A stretch of DNA of 63,928 nucleotides, counting the filler, from Squatina squatina (Eukaryota), in assembly GCA_031763465.1 (NCBI GenBank). It is 3 parts of 3 records of this genome, joined end to end, with 100 filler letters (N's around TTAATTAATTAA, not from the genome) between each part and the next. Parts side by side here need not be neighbours in the genome. Positions count along the whole stretch, not along the records: positions 1 to 21,448 come from JARFOE010000004.1; 2 more parts are not named here. One strand, given 5' to 3'. Under the pieces are notes generated by a model, which did not search any database, was not told where the DNA came from, and saw only the letters and a program-made list of their open reading frames with translations. Position numbers and translations under genes: made by a program. Shown here piece by piece: positions 1-14,600 of this stretch. The first letter of the stretch is position 1. Each line of letters starts with the position of its first letter.

Positions 1-1222
1 TTCAGCAAATAACCCGAGGACTAATATATTCAGATGCTTTACAGACTTTTGAAAGGAGCCAGAACAAAGTTCGATTTAATTATTCCAATTGTGCACAAAT
101 AATCTACAATGTTAAGGTCAATGCCGGAAAACTGCCAATTTAATTTTAATTATACACGCAATATTGAATTGCGGGCTATAAAATAAAATTGATGTTAGCG
201 TTAATGTAGGAATAGACGAAGAGCAAAATATAATAGTTATTCGTACGAAGAAATATTTTTGTAGAGAAAGGAAGCGAACAGAAAGCAAAGAAAGTAAAGG
301 GAAAATAAACGAAGAGACGAAACAAAGCTAAATAAAAAAGATAGAAAGAAACGGAGAAAGAAAAATGGAAGTACATAAATTGAAACTTTGGGAAACTGCA
401 TTTACACAACGTCTATAATACGACAAAACAACAAGAGCAGATAAAAAGGAAAAATGATTAAAAAGATTGCCAAAGATACAGAACCATGTTTTACATTGTA
501 AAATGAACAGTTTGATGCCATTCTTTCTTTGCAGCATCTACAAATGAGAGTACCTCAAGGAATTGTTACTCTTTGAATAGCAGCGTTAATATCCTAGGCA
601 TTGTTCTGATTTTAATGAGAAGCTTATGATATATAGATTGTTCTTTGGCCAGTTTGTTCAACTCCTTGCCATACGCCTCCTTTCTTCAGCATCAACAGAT
701 GGGCCAAGTGCATTGTTTCAAGCGCCCCATGATTTCAAGGAACAGCTGTTATCACCTCCAAGGCTAGTAAAGGCCAAAACATTAACAGTCTAGATTGTAT
801 ATGCCTTGTCAGGCTTGCGTTTCCTCCTTGGAGAACAGAATAATTAGATAACAGGACTAAGAATTACATATAAATTATCTCACCAAATGATTTGCCTCAT
901 TGACTTCCTTTTACATGTATTACCATTTAATTTGTAAAATGATCGGTTTGGGTCGCAGAAAATGATCTGGCGAAGTGGGAGGGTATTCGAAAAAGAAGTG
1001 ACGGTCACCATTGTATCGTCTTGTAACGATTATTTTAATAAGTACATGCTTGTTGGCAATCTATAACTTTCCTACGCCCATAACTGCTGAAGTGTGGGTA
1101 ATAATTTGAAACGCCGTCACATATTTATATTGTCCAGTAGCCTCTGGGGCATAATTCTTGTTGTTATGTGTCGTTTACAACCTTATCCCAAACTTAGTTT
1201 TCTTCCTCATTCTTTTATTTAG

Positions 1223-1690
1223 GGGAGGAACGTTATATTTGTTGGTACTGCTGGAGAACATTCAAATATCCGAACACTTTAAAAGCTCATATCCACTTCC
1301 ATTGTGCTCTGAGCAACGCCAGGGGCTTCATCAACAGCAATCAATGCAGGATTTCGGAGACTTTCACCAAATCTCCGAAGGCAGCCGACATATCGAGTTC
1401 ATCGACACCTCTGAGGAATGGCCATCACATCTCGTCTGGCTCGACAGAGGGGGTTAAACGACCAACATCGCCAGTTTTGGCCAAAATGGCTCTGATCAAG
1501 AAAACGGCGGGACACGAGGATGAGCAGGACAGGGCCTTGGACATGAGTGTTAATTCAGCCAGAAGCCATGGGCCTCTAACGACTATAAGCGGGACTTCTT
1601 CAATAGTCAACGCGATGGGCTTTCACCCTGGAATTAGATCCGCTTTTAAACCTACGGGATTAACAAAATTAATATCATCTGAACCAAGCG
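1223..1690 (+). CDS. PRDM13: PR/SET domain zinc finger protein 13, 5' part of the large exon carrying zinc finger 1 (truncated by gap)
   Basis: Acceptor tttatttag then phase-1 frame GEERYICWYCWRTFKYPNTLKAHIHFHC, matching recalled PRDM13 ZF1 (GEERYICWYCWRTFRYPNSLKAHLRFHC). Frame stays open into ORF 1477 (..ALDMS..RSAFKP) up to the gap. Confidence 0.88.
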
Positions 1691-2117
1691 NNNNNNNNNN
1701 NNNNNNNNNNNNNNNNNNNNNNNNNNNNNNNNNNNNNNNNNNNNNNNNNNNNNNNNNNNNNNNNNNNNNNNNNNNNNNNNNNNNNNNNNNNNNNNNNNNN
1801 NNNNNNNNNNNNNNNNNNNNNNNNNNNNNNNNNNNNNNNNNNNNNNNNNNNNNNNNNNNNNNNNNNNNNNNNNNNNNNNNNNNNNNNNNNNNNNNNNNNN
1901 NNNNNNNNNNNNNNNNNNNNNNNNNNNNNNNNNNNNNNNNNNNNNNNNNNNNNNNNNNNNNNNNNNNNNNNNNNNNNNNNNNNNNNNNNNNNNNNNNNNN
2001 NNNNNNNNNNNNNNNNNNNNNNNNNNNNNNNNNNNNNNNNNNNNNNNNNNNNNNNNNNNNNNNNNNNNNNNNNNNNNNNNNNNNNNNNNNNNNNNNNNNN
2101 NNNNNNNNNNNNNNNNN

Positions 2118-2580
2118 AGAGCAACCCAAGCTGGGGAGGGGGCTGGGGGAGAGAGAGCTACACTCACTGAGGGAGAGAGAGCTACACTCACTGGAGTGGG
2201 GGTTTGGGGAGAGAGAGCAACACACACTGGGGGAGAGAGCGCTACACTCACTGGGGGGCGAGAGGAGGAGCAACACATACTGGGGGTGAGAAAGAGAGCA
2301 ACACGTGTTGGGGAGAGAGAGAGAGCAACACATATTGGGGAGAGAGAGAGCAACACACACTGGGGGAGGAAGAGCACCACACACTGGACGAGAGGGAACA
2401 ACACACACAGGAGGAGACAGAGAGAGCAACACGCACTGGGGAGAGGGAGAGCAACACACACTGGAGGAGAGGCAGAGCAACACATACTGAAGAGAGAGCA
2501 ACACACACTGGGGGAGAGAGAGCAACAAACACTGGGGGAGGGGAAGAGCAACACACAATGTGCACAAAACAGAGAGCAAA
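2118..2580. repeat. Degenerate minisatellite, unit about 24-26 bp (GAGAGAGAGCAACACACACTGGGG)
   Basis: Tandem copies directly visible; explains the many low-complexity ORFs here. Confidence 0.9.
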
Positions 2581-4728
2581 ACGGAAACTTCCTTGGACGA
2601 GACTGAGCAGAAAAGTGACCACAGCAACGAGAGCGACGTGGACGTATGTTTTACAGACGATCAGAGCGACCAAGATTCGGGAAGGAACAACGATCAATGA
2701 AGAGTTTGAAGAACTGACGCGAGTAAACACCGAATTGCCAAAAACGAAAATGCTTGAAGCATCTAAAAATGCCTGTTTATTTTGTACATAAGATGATAGG
2801 AATTGTGCCTTTCGGTGACTGTTATCGTAAAGGATATTTATTAGGGGTGAGCAATATTCATAGTTCCGGCCAATACAGTGTATGAATGGCAAGTGGTGGC
2901 CGTTTAATAAATTACTATGAAATTAGAAATGAGCTCAAAGCGTCTGTGAAAATAAAACCCTCACCAAATTGAATAACACGAACGTAATAGAAAAATAATA
3001 TCTATGTACTTCCTATCAGTTTTTAGCCGTCGATGTAATATTGTCATAACGTAAACGTTAATATAATCGACATATTTCAATAAATGGAATGGCCCTCATC
3101 TGGGAATCATGATGATTAATAAGTCGAAAGGTCCAGAGTGAATATCAATCATTTAAGCAAATGTGTGAAGGTCAGTATACTTTATTAGCAGACAAAGCTA
3201 AAAGTGACCTATGATGTAGAGCTGGGAGCAATTATTCAATTTTGTGTGAACTCGCGTCTTTAAAGGGACAAGTATTAAAGCACTATAAGACGGGCGCACA
3301 ACATGACAGAGGGACTTTTGTGCATAGATCAGTAGTTAAACTATTTAAAATAGGGCATCCATGATTGTTTTGATCATCTTTATGTACATATGTTTTCTGC
3401 AAACATTAAGAGCATGAATCTGAAAGTACGTGATAATGCTATATATAATTTTAAAGAAAAATATAATTTTTTGTGAAGTAGAACAATATGTTGTGTATTT
3501 TGGTTTTTATATTGAATGATGTACAGTACACTTGGTATCCGCCTCTTCATTGCAACGCATTGTGCGAGAATTTTCGAATAAACTTACGTAAAAGATGTCC
3601 TTGGACCAATCTTGTTTATTTTTGTAACCTATGGGGGTTTGTTCAAATTTTCTATCTTGTATAGTTTTAAAATCTGAAATAATGAGTTCTAAATTGCCTT
3701 GGAAATGACACAATTATGGTTGGATAATATCAATTTTCTGGACATAATTAAACAATCTGTTTTTTCCCTCCATGTAACTTAGTTTCCTAACTATACTCAG
3801 ACTAAAATTGTAATACAAAACTTTCGTGAGTCCCCTGTCAAACAGGACCGGGGTGTGTGAAGTGTGACAACAATGAAAGTTTCGCTTATGGTCTATAAAC
3901 GGATGTTACATTTAAGAATGCCTCCATTGAATCTTATTTTGGTTAGACAATAGTTTTGCATTGCAAGTATAACAAGTATGATTCCAATTATTTTGCCCAT
4001 NNNNNNNNNNNNNNNNNNNNNNNNNNNNNNNNNNNNNNNNNNNNNNNNNNNNNNNNNNNNNNNNNNNNNNNNNNNNNNNNNNNNNNNNNNNNNNNNNNNN
4101 GAATGCTGGACAAGAACAACTTCCTGCCAGACCAATAAATTTCTCTTAAAAGTATACATCTAGCAGCCTTTGCTGAGGGTTCCAAGACAATGACTCTGTT
4201 CAGATAGAATTATTGCCTGAAATCTATTAGCACCAAAAGGAAGCAAGTTTGCTTTGATGCTGTAAATCTGAGGCAAAAGAAAACATATAAATGACTCAGA
4301 GTCAGGAAACTAATGAAGCTGAAATAAAAATTATGGCCAAGATTTTCAACAACTTCAATTCCAACAATGGCTCTGCCACCTTACCTCAAAATAAAGACTG
4401 CCTACTTGGGTGGTTTTGTATTCTAGGTGAAAATGTACTGTAGGGATTAAGGCCAGGTTGCTGACTTCCAGCACGCCTGCGGCTTTTGTTCTGAGGCATG
4501 ATCCACAATCCGCACAAGCAAGAGGTGATGATGGATGTGTCAATAGAGGCAGTTCATGTTTCAGATAATGGAGCCAACAATTCAGAAACTCCGCAAGGTA
4601 TTCTACAAGGTGAGGATGAAACCAGTCGNNNNNNNNNNNNNNNNNNNNNNNNNNNNNNNNNNNNNNNNNNNNNNNNNNNNNNNNNNNNNNNNNNNNNNNN
4701 NNNNNNNNNNNNNNNNNNNNNNNNNNNN

Positions 4729-4807
4729 TCAGCCATGATCATATTGAATGGCGGTGCAGGCTCGAAGGGCCGAATGGCCTACTGCTGCACCTATTTTCTA
4801 TGTTTCA
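4729..4807 (+). mobile_element. CR1/HER1-type LINE 3' tail fragment
   Basis: tcagccatgatcatattgaatggcggtgcaggctcgaagggccgaatggcctactgctgc...ttctatgttt; near-identical copy at 39224-39317. Confidence 0.8.
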
Positions 4808-5460
4808 TGGCTTTTTTCTCCCATCTAACCCAGGTGCTGAGGTTAGTTGTAAACCCACCACTGACCTGGTTGCGATCTGCTACATCAGCACAGGTGGGGA
4901 TTGAGCCTGGCCTCTGCTGCTCTGTATAATTTAGTTTGTGATGGTGCATTTAACCACTGAACCGTCATGGAGTTTTTGAGCTATAATGTTAGAATTTATG
5001 TTTCAATATTACTATTGATATCATAAAGGTTCATTTTTGTTTAACGTCTAAATGTTTAAACCTGTCAGTTTTATAGTCATTTACTGTTTAACTATTTGCA
5101 ATCTGTGCACCAATGGTTTGGTGAAATTGTAGCCACGAGGTTGCTAGCAAAATCTGTTCAGTAAATACAGCCACATGCTACATTATATATTAATGAGTCG
5201 GTTTGATTTTGCCATTTTTGAAAGCATCAAATTTTCAGTATGTAAGTCCAAATATGTGTGTTGCTACATGTGACCCAATTGTTGTAAAGTTATTAGACGT
5301 GATTATAGTGGTTTTATTCAAACTTAGGAATGAAAACACTTTACATGATAACCACTGCAATTCATTTAATTTCAATACTAAACACTGAATCTATATATAT
5401 TTAATTTGTTTCAATAATCCTAATGTAGTCATGGAGAGAAAAGATATAATGTAGAACAAA

Positions 5461-5661
5461 TCAAAACAGAAAATACTGGAAATACTCAGGTCAGGCAGCA
5501 TCTGTAGAGAGAAACAGAGTTAACATTTCAGGTCGATGACCCTTAACAACCTGAAAAATTAACTCTGTTTTTCTCTCCACAGATGCTGCCTGACTTGCTG
5601 AGTATTTCCAGCATTTTCTGTTTTTATTCCAGATTTCCAGCATCTGCAGTATTTGCTTTTG
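5461..5661. mobile_element. Two oppositely oriented end fragments of a Penelope-like repeat forming an imperfect palindrome
   Basis: aaacagaaaatactggaaatactcag..gcagcatctgtagagagaaacagagttaac followed by its reverse complement ttaactctgtt..ccacagatgctgcc..ctgagtatttccagcattttctgttt; same family at 26188, 29880 and 35551. Confidence 0.65.
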
Positions 5662-8600
5662 TCGCTAACTGAAGAAATGGATATTATACTTCAAAATAAT
5701 AATAAATAAATTCAGGTGCATGAACCTGTAGTCCATTTTTTTAAATGATCTACAAGATATTTCATGAGTTACTTTAATGCCCAAGCAATTTGCAAAACAT
5801 TTTTATTTTTTAGGTTAAATTATTATCACTATCTTTGAAAAAGATCTGTAATTGGATGATGGCTACAGCAATCGCATTTTGACCAACAGAAGAAATAGCC
5901 GAGTTTGTCACACTGTTACGTCCATCTCCAATTTTCATGTAATTACAGCTATGAATGAACTTTCTCAGTCCGCATAATGACCACCTTTTGTGCCGACTGA
6001 AAAGTCTAGGTGTTTTCATTAGGGTTTTTGTTCTTTCTTGCACTTTCGGTGCTGGTTGCGAAGATATGGGCAGACATCTTCTGACAGGCTATACAATTCT
6101 TCATCAGGCTAATGAATGATGTTCCTTTGAAAGCCAGCTGGCATATTCTCTTGCTGTCAAATCCAGTTCCCTTGAACAGAGGAATGATGGGGGAAGTGGG
6201 CACAGACCTAAATGGGGTAAAACTTTACCATCTCACTGTGTTTAACTTTAATATTTTTTAAAAATTCTGATTCCAGGTCTGTTATTGAGCTCCTTTTGAT
6301 TGTCTTAGCTTGCAGAATATCTTTTTCTTTCCTTCTGACAATTTGGACAAAAATTATTCTGAATAATTTAGAATTATCCCATTGTCCTGAAGGTTAAACC
6401 GATTTTCCACTTTCATTTTATTTTGCTGCACAATCTACATTAGAAACAGATGATACTCCCTTTTTATAAAACAAAGGATTTAGGGCACTGATTATCTGTG
6501 AAAATTAGCTTGTTCTCTCATAACTTATAAGCATAGCATATTTTGCTTATAACTTGCTCTAATGAGCTGCAACTTTCAAAAGTGAGACTGAGACTGAGAC
6601 TGAGACCCTTTTAACTGTTGATGTAGCCCCTCAAAGTTTAAAACTTGTTTCCTGATTTTTCAGAAANNNNNNNNNNNNNNNNNNNNNNNNNNNNNNNNNN
6701 NNNNNNNNNNNNNNNNNNNNNNNNNNNNNNNNNNNNNNNNNNNNNNNNNNNNNNNNNNNNNNNNNNAAATGACAAGCTCTTTAAATTCTCTTCTGCCATC
6801 TCCCAGCAACCCCAGATGTCTCTTTTAAAGTGCAAGTAAAGGAAACAGAGCAAATGAAGTGGACAAAACAAAAAAGTGAGGCGTATGACGCCATGACATC
6901 ATTTCCACCTCATTTGCATTGGTCTGCCCAAAAAAGGGTGGCACTTCATGCATCCACTGGGCAGACACAAAAGATGACTGCATAACAGAATTACTTTTAC
7001 GATCCTATCCGCCAATTTAGACTGGTTAATTAGGTGGAAACTGTCAGAAAATCGAGGCTAGAATCACTGAAAAGGTAATGCTAGTTTTGTTCTTTCAATA
7101 ACTAGAATTATTCATATTAATGTTATTAGTTAGCTCATCACAAAAAGAGTCACATTTATAAGCAATAGCAGGTTGATCATTATTACATCATTTAGTTTTC
7201 AATGAAGTTCTGTCCTGNNNNNNNNNNATAAATTGACATAACATTGCTTTTATTGTCTATCTAGTTTATGACTATCACATTTTAGTAACTCTTCATTTGT
7301 ATCAGTCAACTTTAAAGGAAACAACTACAGAGAGTGAAACTGAAAGGAAACTTTTAAAGCTCATTAATATTCTATTCGCTCTGAGTTAATGGACTATGGT
7401 GCTAAAGGTCAAGGGATGGGATACGCCCAGCCTACTGTATTGGAATGACTTTGTAACGGTGTGTGCAAGGCCACAGCAACCAGGGAAACGGCAGTAATAC
7501 CAATCATGCTGCTTTGTACACAGAACAAAAGCACTAATTTAGCTGTTAAGATGTGAAATTATTATAGAGCAATGCTGTTCCCTATTGAAAATATATTGTG
7601 CAAATTCCCATGGTGGAATATCAGCACATACGAATGTAGAAGCCTATGCAAAAGCCATCACAAGTGCAGCAGTATTGCTGCCTTTTAATTATTTGCATAG
7701 TGAACAGTATTGCAGGTACAATATAGTTGGCGCTAACCAACACCTGTTGTGCACTACTTGGGTTGCCAGCTGTTCTAATAAATGAATTAAGTGACAACAT
7801 GGTTGAGATATGAAATTTTTTACAGAACACTGCACTTGCCTGTTAAAATAGATTGTTAGTTCTGTAGGGTAGTCCTGACTCTCGTACAGGCTGATGTATA
7901 CTGGCAGAACGTCTGAAGCAATTACTGTGGAACTGCAATATCCAGAGTGCGTCATGTGACAGCAAGTAGAAAAGAATTCTTCAACTGGGCTGGGGATTTC
8001 CAGCTCCTGTTAGATTCAGTATTTTAAAGAAATAGATCAGGGGAATTAAATTTTTCACCTGTTCATGTACAACACTACAATAATCTGTCACAAGACTGCC
8101 AGAGAATTTACAAATAAATGAAGTTTGACCAATGCAAAATATTAACCTTTGTTTTACGAATTGTATATAGTCTAAGCTGTGAGCTAAGAGTATTTGGGAT
8201 GACTTTTTTGCTTCACTGAGGAGGATTGATTCCTGGTAGGGGATGCTTATGATGGGCTTTGATGCTGAGCTTTTACACTGGAACCAGAATCAGCCAGTCA
8301 GTCGCACCTGTTGGATCCTGGTCAATGTACGCTTGGTGGGGGAGGGGGAAGGGTTGGACAGCTCCCTGGAGCAAACTAATACCCGTGCCAATGACGACTT
8401 CAGGAAAAATGTAGAAAATCAAGTGTGGAAGGCAAAATATAGTCTTTTACAATTATATAAATAACAAAAATGGTTTTGGGGAGGAGCAAAATAAAAATAC
8501 TTGCATCGTAACCTATGACAGCAAGTCCACTGCAGGAAGTAGAACAAAAAAAGTCTGTCAGGTGCCCAGGCCTTTTCAGTTTTGTGGGCCTGCCTGCGGC

Positions 8601-11600
8601 TTATCAAGGAAGATTTCTTTTCTCATTTATTTTTAAAAAAATTGTTCTTGGAATGTGGTTGATGCTGGCAAGACTGCAATTATTGCCTGTCCCTGATTGC
8701 TGAGAGAGGGTGGGTTGGTCTTATTGAAAAGCTGCCAACTTCATTGTGACGATGCTATTATGGTGTTAATGGGCAATTCCAAATTCTTGACCCATTGGTT
8801 GTGCAGGAAAGTGTTACCATGATCTTGTACTCTTGTTTGTGCTGATAGAGGCTATGGGACTGGGAGGTGCCAATGTACAAGAGTACATACCATAGTCCCT
8901 AGTGGTGGAAGTGGAGGATAGAAGAGGTCAGTGGCACAGCATCCTTTTGGTGTTCTTCTCCCCCTCTACTGTGCATTCCCAGTTTCAGATAGCACTTTTC
9001 ACACACCCTCCCCCTCTAAACAACAGTGTAATGATATAGTGCCTTTAATGTAAGAAAACCTCCCATTTGCCCCTTCCCATTTCATAGTTTTTTCTCGCAG
9101 TGGTCAGCTTTAATCCCAGTTGCTATCCCTTCACCAGACCTTTTTTGTTCCATTTCCAAATACTTATTCCGCTAATTTTTAAATGGTATTTCCCTGCCTC
9201 AATAATTACCTATGATAAAGCATTCTATGTTCAAATAACCTTCAGTAGGAGGGGAGGGAGGAAACTCACTTCCTCCATTTTAGTGAAGATCCCTAGTCTA
9301 TGCCCCCTTGTTACTGATTCAGCAACTGATTAAAAACAATCTTTCTATTTACCTTCTCTCGGGGCCCTTTCATTAATTTTGAAAACCGCTATTAGATTCT
9401 GCGCCCCCCCCCCCCGCCAAACTTAGTGTCCTCGGTCCAATGAACAAAGCTCCAACCTTTTTTCCTCATTTTTAATCGGAGGTTGCAGATGAATATGCTT
9501 CTGAGAGGTGTGTGTGTGGCTATCCAGCGTGCATGGGAAAGGGTGAGATAGAAGTTATAGTTATACAGGGTGGGAGAAGGATCTGGCGAATCGGGGTGTA
9601 AAATTTTTGCAATTCACAAATGAGGTTGGAATCTACAACTAGTTACTTGTTACTAATTTCCATGGACATTAATTGTTGTAGTAATCCATGTTAACTGAAG
9701 TGTTGCAGGAGTAGTTGAACAAAAACCATGTTCTGGACCCTTTGTGTCGAGGAAGATTGCTTCAACTTCTTTTGTTCCATTACAGTATTGCTGATTGCTT
9801 TAGCATTTTATTGTCCTTTTGAAACTACATAGGACAAGATGGCTGCAGTGTNNNNNNNNNNNNNNNNNNNNNNNNNNNNNNNNNNNNNNNNNNNNNNNNN
9901 NNNNNNNNNNNNNNNNNNNNNNNNNNNNNNNNNNNNNNNNNNNNNNNNNNNCTTTTGCTGTGTGTGGCTCAGCTACTCACAGACCTATCAGAAAATTTTA
10001 AATATTTACATACATTTAAATACATTTGAAATCATATTTATTTAATGTATTCTATAGGTAAGCATTTTAAAAGCCCTTACAATTCATATCATGGTTTTAT
10101 ACTCGTTTATGTGCAGAAAGATTTTAATATCACATGCAATGTACATTTGTGATTTTCAAGAAATATGTTTGAGCCAGACTAATTTTTTTTTCAAGATTCA
10201 AATCCCATCATCTCAGCCTTCCCGGGGGTGCGGGCAGCTGTTGATTGTGGCTCTGGTGGCTCAGTCAATTTCCCACGGGAGCGATGCACATTCCAGCAGG
10301 ATAATATTGATGTGAAGTAGGACATCCTGAAGGAGTTGAAGAAGCTAAAGACCCAGCAGCTGTGTCAGCATGAGAAACAACTCATGCAGCACTTGATGGA
10401 ACAACGGGGACAAAACCTGCTGATGGTGCAGAGAGCACATATTTCAGTTTTATCTCAGATTGCTGGCCTTCTGCAAACTCCTCTAATGTAGGATTAGAAC
10501 CATTTGATTACCCTTATAACCCTCCTTTTGTGGAACTGAACTAGAAGGGCAAAGGAAGACTGAAGAAAGGTTTTCCTTCAATAGTCCTGGTAAATTTTCA
10601 TTTCTATATTTGTCTTTCGAGGTAGAAGTAATGATTTTTAATTAGCTGTGAAACCTTCATTTGTTATTATTTAATAAGATTTGGGAAAGAAGTGAATTTC
10701 TGGGAGAAGAAGAAACAATCTTATCAGGGCAAACCATTATAATTAAATGTGCCGCACATTTTGTGAACAGTTACTCAGGTCCCTCAGCAATTTAGATGTT
10801 CNNNNNNNNNNNNNNNNNNNNNNNNNNNNNNNNNNNNNNNNNNNNNNNNNNNNNNNNNNNNNNNNNNNNNNNNNNNNNNNNNNNNNNNNNNNNNNNNNNN
10901 NCTGATCTCCCAGCATCAGTTGAAATTAGAAATGTAAATGGCCCAACTGTTCTGGCAGTAGCAGAGACTCACATTTTTGGGGCTCCTGGAAGCTGCCAGG
11001 TCTCCTTGATGTAGAATGGCAGTGGGGGCAAAGGTTAATATGTGGCACAAGCACTGTGAGTCATGAAGGTCTGACATTAATATATGTTGCACTGAGAGTC
11101 AGCACAGTGAAAGACTGCAAATTGATAAAAGCTCTAATATCCATCACACAATTTTTTACCTTACTTTCATCATGTTATTTGTGTCAATTTATTTGGCTTT
11201 GTCAAAATGCAGCACCTTTGTACATGGTAGTGACAGATGAATGGTTTATTATATATATTTATTCAACTGTTCCAGATGACTTGAAAGGTTTTGCCATTCT
11301 CAAGAGCAGGATATATTCTTGCAGCTATTTTATTTGCTTCTTTAAGCATTGGTTTCAATTGGCAACTAAGTGATTTTAAACGCAAGCAACAAAGTCACCC
11401 TAGAAATTCGAAGGTGCTGTGCCAATTTTTCAGGTGCTAATTCTAATGAAAAGGTCCCAATCAGCATGTTAATCACTTTCCCTTTCAAATGTTGACTGGC
11501 TTATTATGCATTACCAACCTTTTCTGTCAATATTGGTATTTGTAATTTGAATTTATCCAGGAAATATTAAATTAAGGCACAATTACAATTTTGATACAAG

Positions 11601-11635
11601 AAATATACATCAAGAATATGATACAAAGCTCTTAC

Positions 11636-11692
11636 CTTAACTTCAGGATACAGTGCGTAGCAAGTCAACTCAAACCGGACCTGATCATTTCC
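11636..11692 (-). CDS. ASS1: Argininosuccinate synthase internal exon (57 bp)
   Basis: ttttcag|GNDQVRFELTCYALYPEVK|gtaaga; GNDQVRFE is the conserved ASS motif. Too short for the ORF track. Confidence 0.93.
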
Positions 11693-14600
11693 CTGAAAAA
11701 GAAAATAAATAAAGTTAAAGATATTTGAGAGCTACACGGAGTAATATCCAATATATGATCTCCACTTCCAAGTAGCTCTTAATGTTGTGCAAACTGGGGA
11801 ATGCAATTATTTACTGGCACCAGAAAGTTTTAGGCTAGAAACTAAACTATTGGGGATTTCAGTGAATGAACACTTAACGGCTTGATGGGACATTTCCCCC
11901 TTTACTGTATTAATGCAGATGTTAACCCTCTTATTTTTTTTTTAAAGATGATTTGCCTATGCCATGCACCAGCATGGTGCAGACAACTTGCTGGCCAGGC
12001 TTTTGCCAGTGCCACTATGAAAGCCCAGATGATTGATGCATGAGAGCTCTGCTGGTAGCTCCCTCTCTACGGAGAAGCACTTGGCTCTGGTTGGTGCATC
12101 ACTATGGCGGCACAGTGAGATTGTGTGAAATCACGTTTCACTATTTAGTGACGCATTGTGTCCAGTTTGCTGTAATACAGCAGGGACAGTTAGTTGTCAA
12201 AGCCAATGCACTGAAGAGTTTCTGTAGACTTCAGAAAATACCTTTTTTGTTTCCATGTGCCCAAGTAGCAGTGCATCATGTTTCCATATCCCTTTGATTC
12301 TTAATAAGTTACCTTTCNNNNNNNNNNNNNNNNNNNNNNNNNNNNNNNNNNNNNNNNNNNNNNNNNNNNNNNNNNNNNNNNNNNNNNNNNNNNNNNNNNN
12401 NNNNNNNNNNNNNNNNNGCACATTACCCTGTTGCTGCTCATTAAATTACCAGCTACAAAAGCTTGTTGTGCTCCACTACATTGACCTACCACTCTAATCC
12501 TGCTTGGAGAGGTTGTGTGTCATGATCTCGCTTCCTAATTAGGATACACAGTCATAAAGGCTGTTGTTGTGCCTCCAGAGCACAGGTTGCTACAGAAAGT
12601 ATCACAAGCAGTGTTATCATAAAAGAGGAAGAGATGGATCAGTGACAAAAGTCTATCTTTCTTGTTAATTTGTACAGAATATCAAATTTTATGTCCCTTG
12701 TAACAGTGACATTGTATGGCGTATAGCTTTTTGAAATTGGCTTTCTTGATCAATATTTGAGTATACTATTATAATTTGTATGATGTTGCAGTAATATTCT
12801 ATAATGTGGTATGGTCACTGATTCTGTCACAAGTTGTCCCGCTTTATTGTTTTATTTTCAAGAGTATGTACACATTATCAAAATAATCCAATTGTAATCA
12901 GAGGTTTTAAATTAAAACCATATTTTGTGCATGGTTTTCATAATCTGAATAATCATCTTGTATGATTTGTTTCAGAAGTCCTCAGTATTTCAGAGTAATA
13001 AAAGAGTGATAAACACTGAACAGCGAGCNNNNNNNNNNTTTGTGCTTGAAAATTTTTGAATTAATGGTTAATTCGAATTATGGACTTTGAAGTAGCAGGA
13101 GACTTTTCTTGAAGATGTTGCCATGCTCTGCACTCTGATTTCATTATGTATAAAATATGTTGTGAATATCTCCTGTATTGGAAATGCAGACTGAAAATTA
13201 TTGAGTTTTTTTCCTGTATTGATCAAGAATGCAGTGGATAGTGGCTGCTGTGTATATCAGAACCGCCTGATATTGCGATGCCCATGTCATGTTGGGATCC
13301 AACCTTACTGCAATTTTAACTGGTAATCTGAGCGGGGAAGCCACAGTGATTTTCCTATCAGGTGAAGGCAGCGGGAAGAGGAAGCAGGGTCAGAAGAGGT
13401 CAAAATGGGTCCTTTTTAAACTTCCATGGTAAAACTCCTGCTNNNNNNNNNNNNNNNNNNNNNNNNNNNNNNNNNNNNNNNNNNNNNNNNNNNNNNNNNN
13501 NNNNNNNNNNNNNNNNNNNNNNNNNNNNNNNNNNNNNNNNNNGGATTTTTCCAAGCAGAACATTTGACCTCAATGTTTGACCCAGCACTGGATCGGTATA
13601 ACCAACCACAATTCATTACATTGACGTGATTCTCCATATATCACTAATTAGAAACATACCATGTTGGTCTATTCATTCAACTTCCCAAAGTTCAAGTAAG
13701 TGGAGAGGACCTGTAATCAAAGTATTGGAGGTGCCGAGATATTCTGGGTTTAATTAGAGGTTTATTAATGGTGAAAGATGATATCACAGCGACTGATCAT
13801 GGGGCATTCTCAAACTAAATTTTGTAGTCACAAATATTGAATTTTGTTCCAAAAGATTAAAGATTAATAATCACAAAAGGTGAAAATGTCGTTGATGTTG
13901 AGGACTGACATTTGTGCTTCTTTCTCAGTCCATTATTACAATCCATGAATATTCACAAAGAGTAATGTTATGGGCTTTGACCGTTGTCACAATATGAACG
14001 TGCCATTTAGTAACAGAGTAATTTCAGCCCTGTACTGAAAAAAAAATATCTAATTGAATCTGCCTACACTGGAATTGGCCTGCAACTACTAGAGCTTGTA
14101 GTAATTACTTTAATGATGGTCTCACATTGAAAAATCCATGCCACGATTAGTCAAAGACTGAAAAGAAAAGTTAGAAACATAGGAGACAGGCCGAAAATCT
14201 CGTTAGGAGCCAAGGAATAAATGAACTCACCTCTTATTTGTTGTAATATGCAGTGAAATGATGATGTCATTAGTGGGACCATAGAACTTGCAGCATTTTA
14301 ATATGGCATAACACAACATAGGCATGANNNNNNNNNNNNNNNNNNNNNNNNNNNNNNNNNNNNNNNNNNNNNNNNNNNNNNNNNNNNNNNNNNNNNNNNN
14401 NNNNNNNNNNNNNNNNNNNNNNNNNNNTAACACAACATAGGCATGACTGAAGTCCTTAAAAAAAACCTTCTTGAGCTGGCTAGATTCTTAAACAAGGTAT
14501 TTTCTTCCTTTATTAATTTTTCTCTCTTGGTCAGTTTCAAATTGCCATTTTCATAATAAATAAAATAGATTGAAAGCTGGTTACAGTTGAACGTGCATTC

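Noticed and set aside
1623-2892. Long Cys/Ser/Leu-rich or RE-rich ORFs
   Set aside because: They are translations of N runs plus the GAGAGCAACACAC minisatellite.
5860-7800. Non-repetitive, homeobox-site-rich stretches that could be conserved non-coding elements
   Set aside because: Conservation cannot be judged without a multi-species alignment.
10322-10491. Coiled-coil-like frame DILKELKKLKTQQL...LSQIAGLLQ
   Set aside because: Short, no polypyrimidine acceptor, no identifiable family; possibly transposon debris.
14309-14446. 19-bp direct repeat taacacaacataggcatga flanking a gap, as a possible TSD
   Set aside because: It sits exactly at both contig ends, so it is an unmerged overlap.
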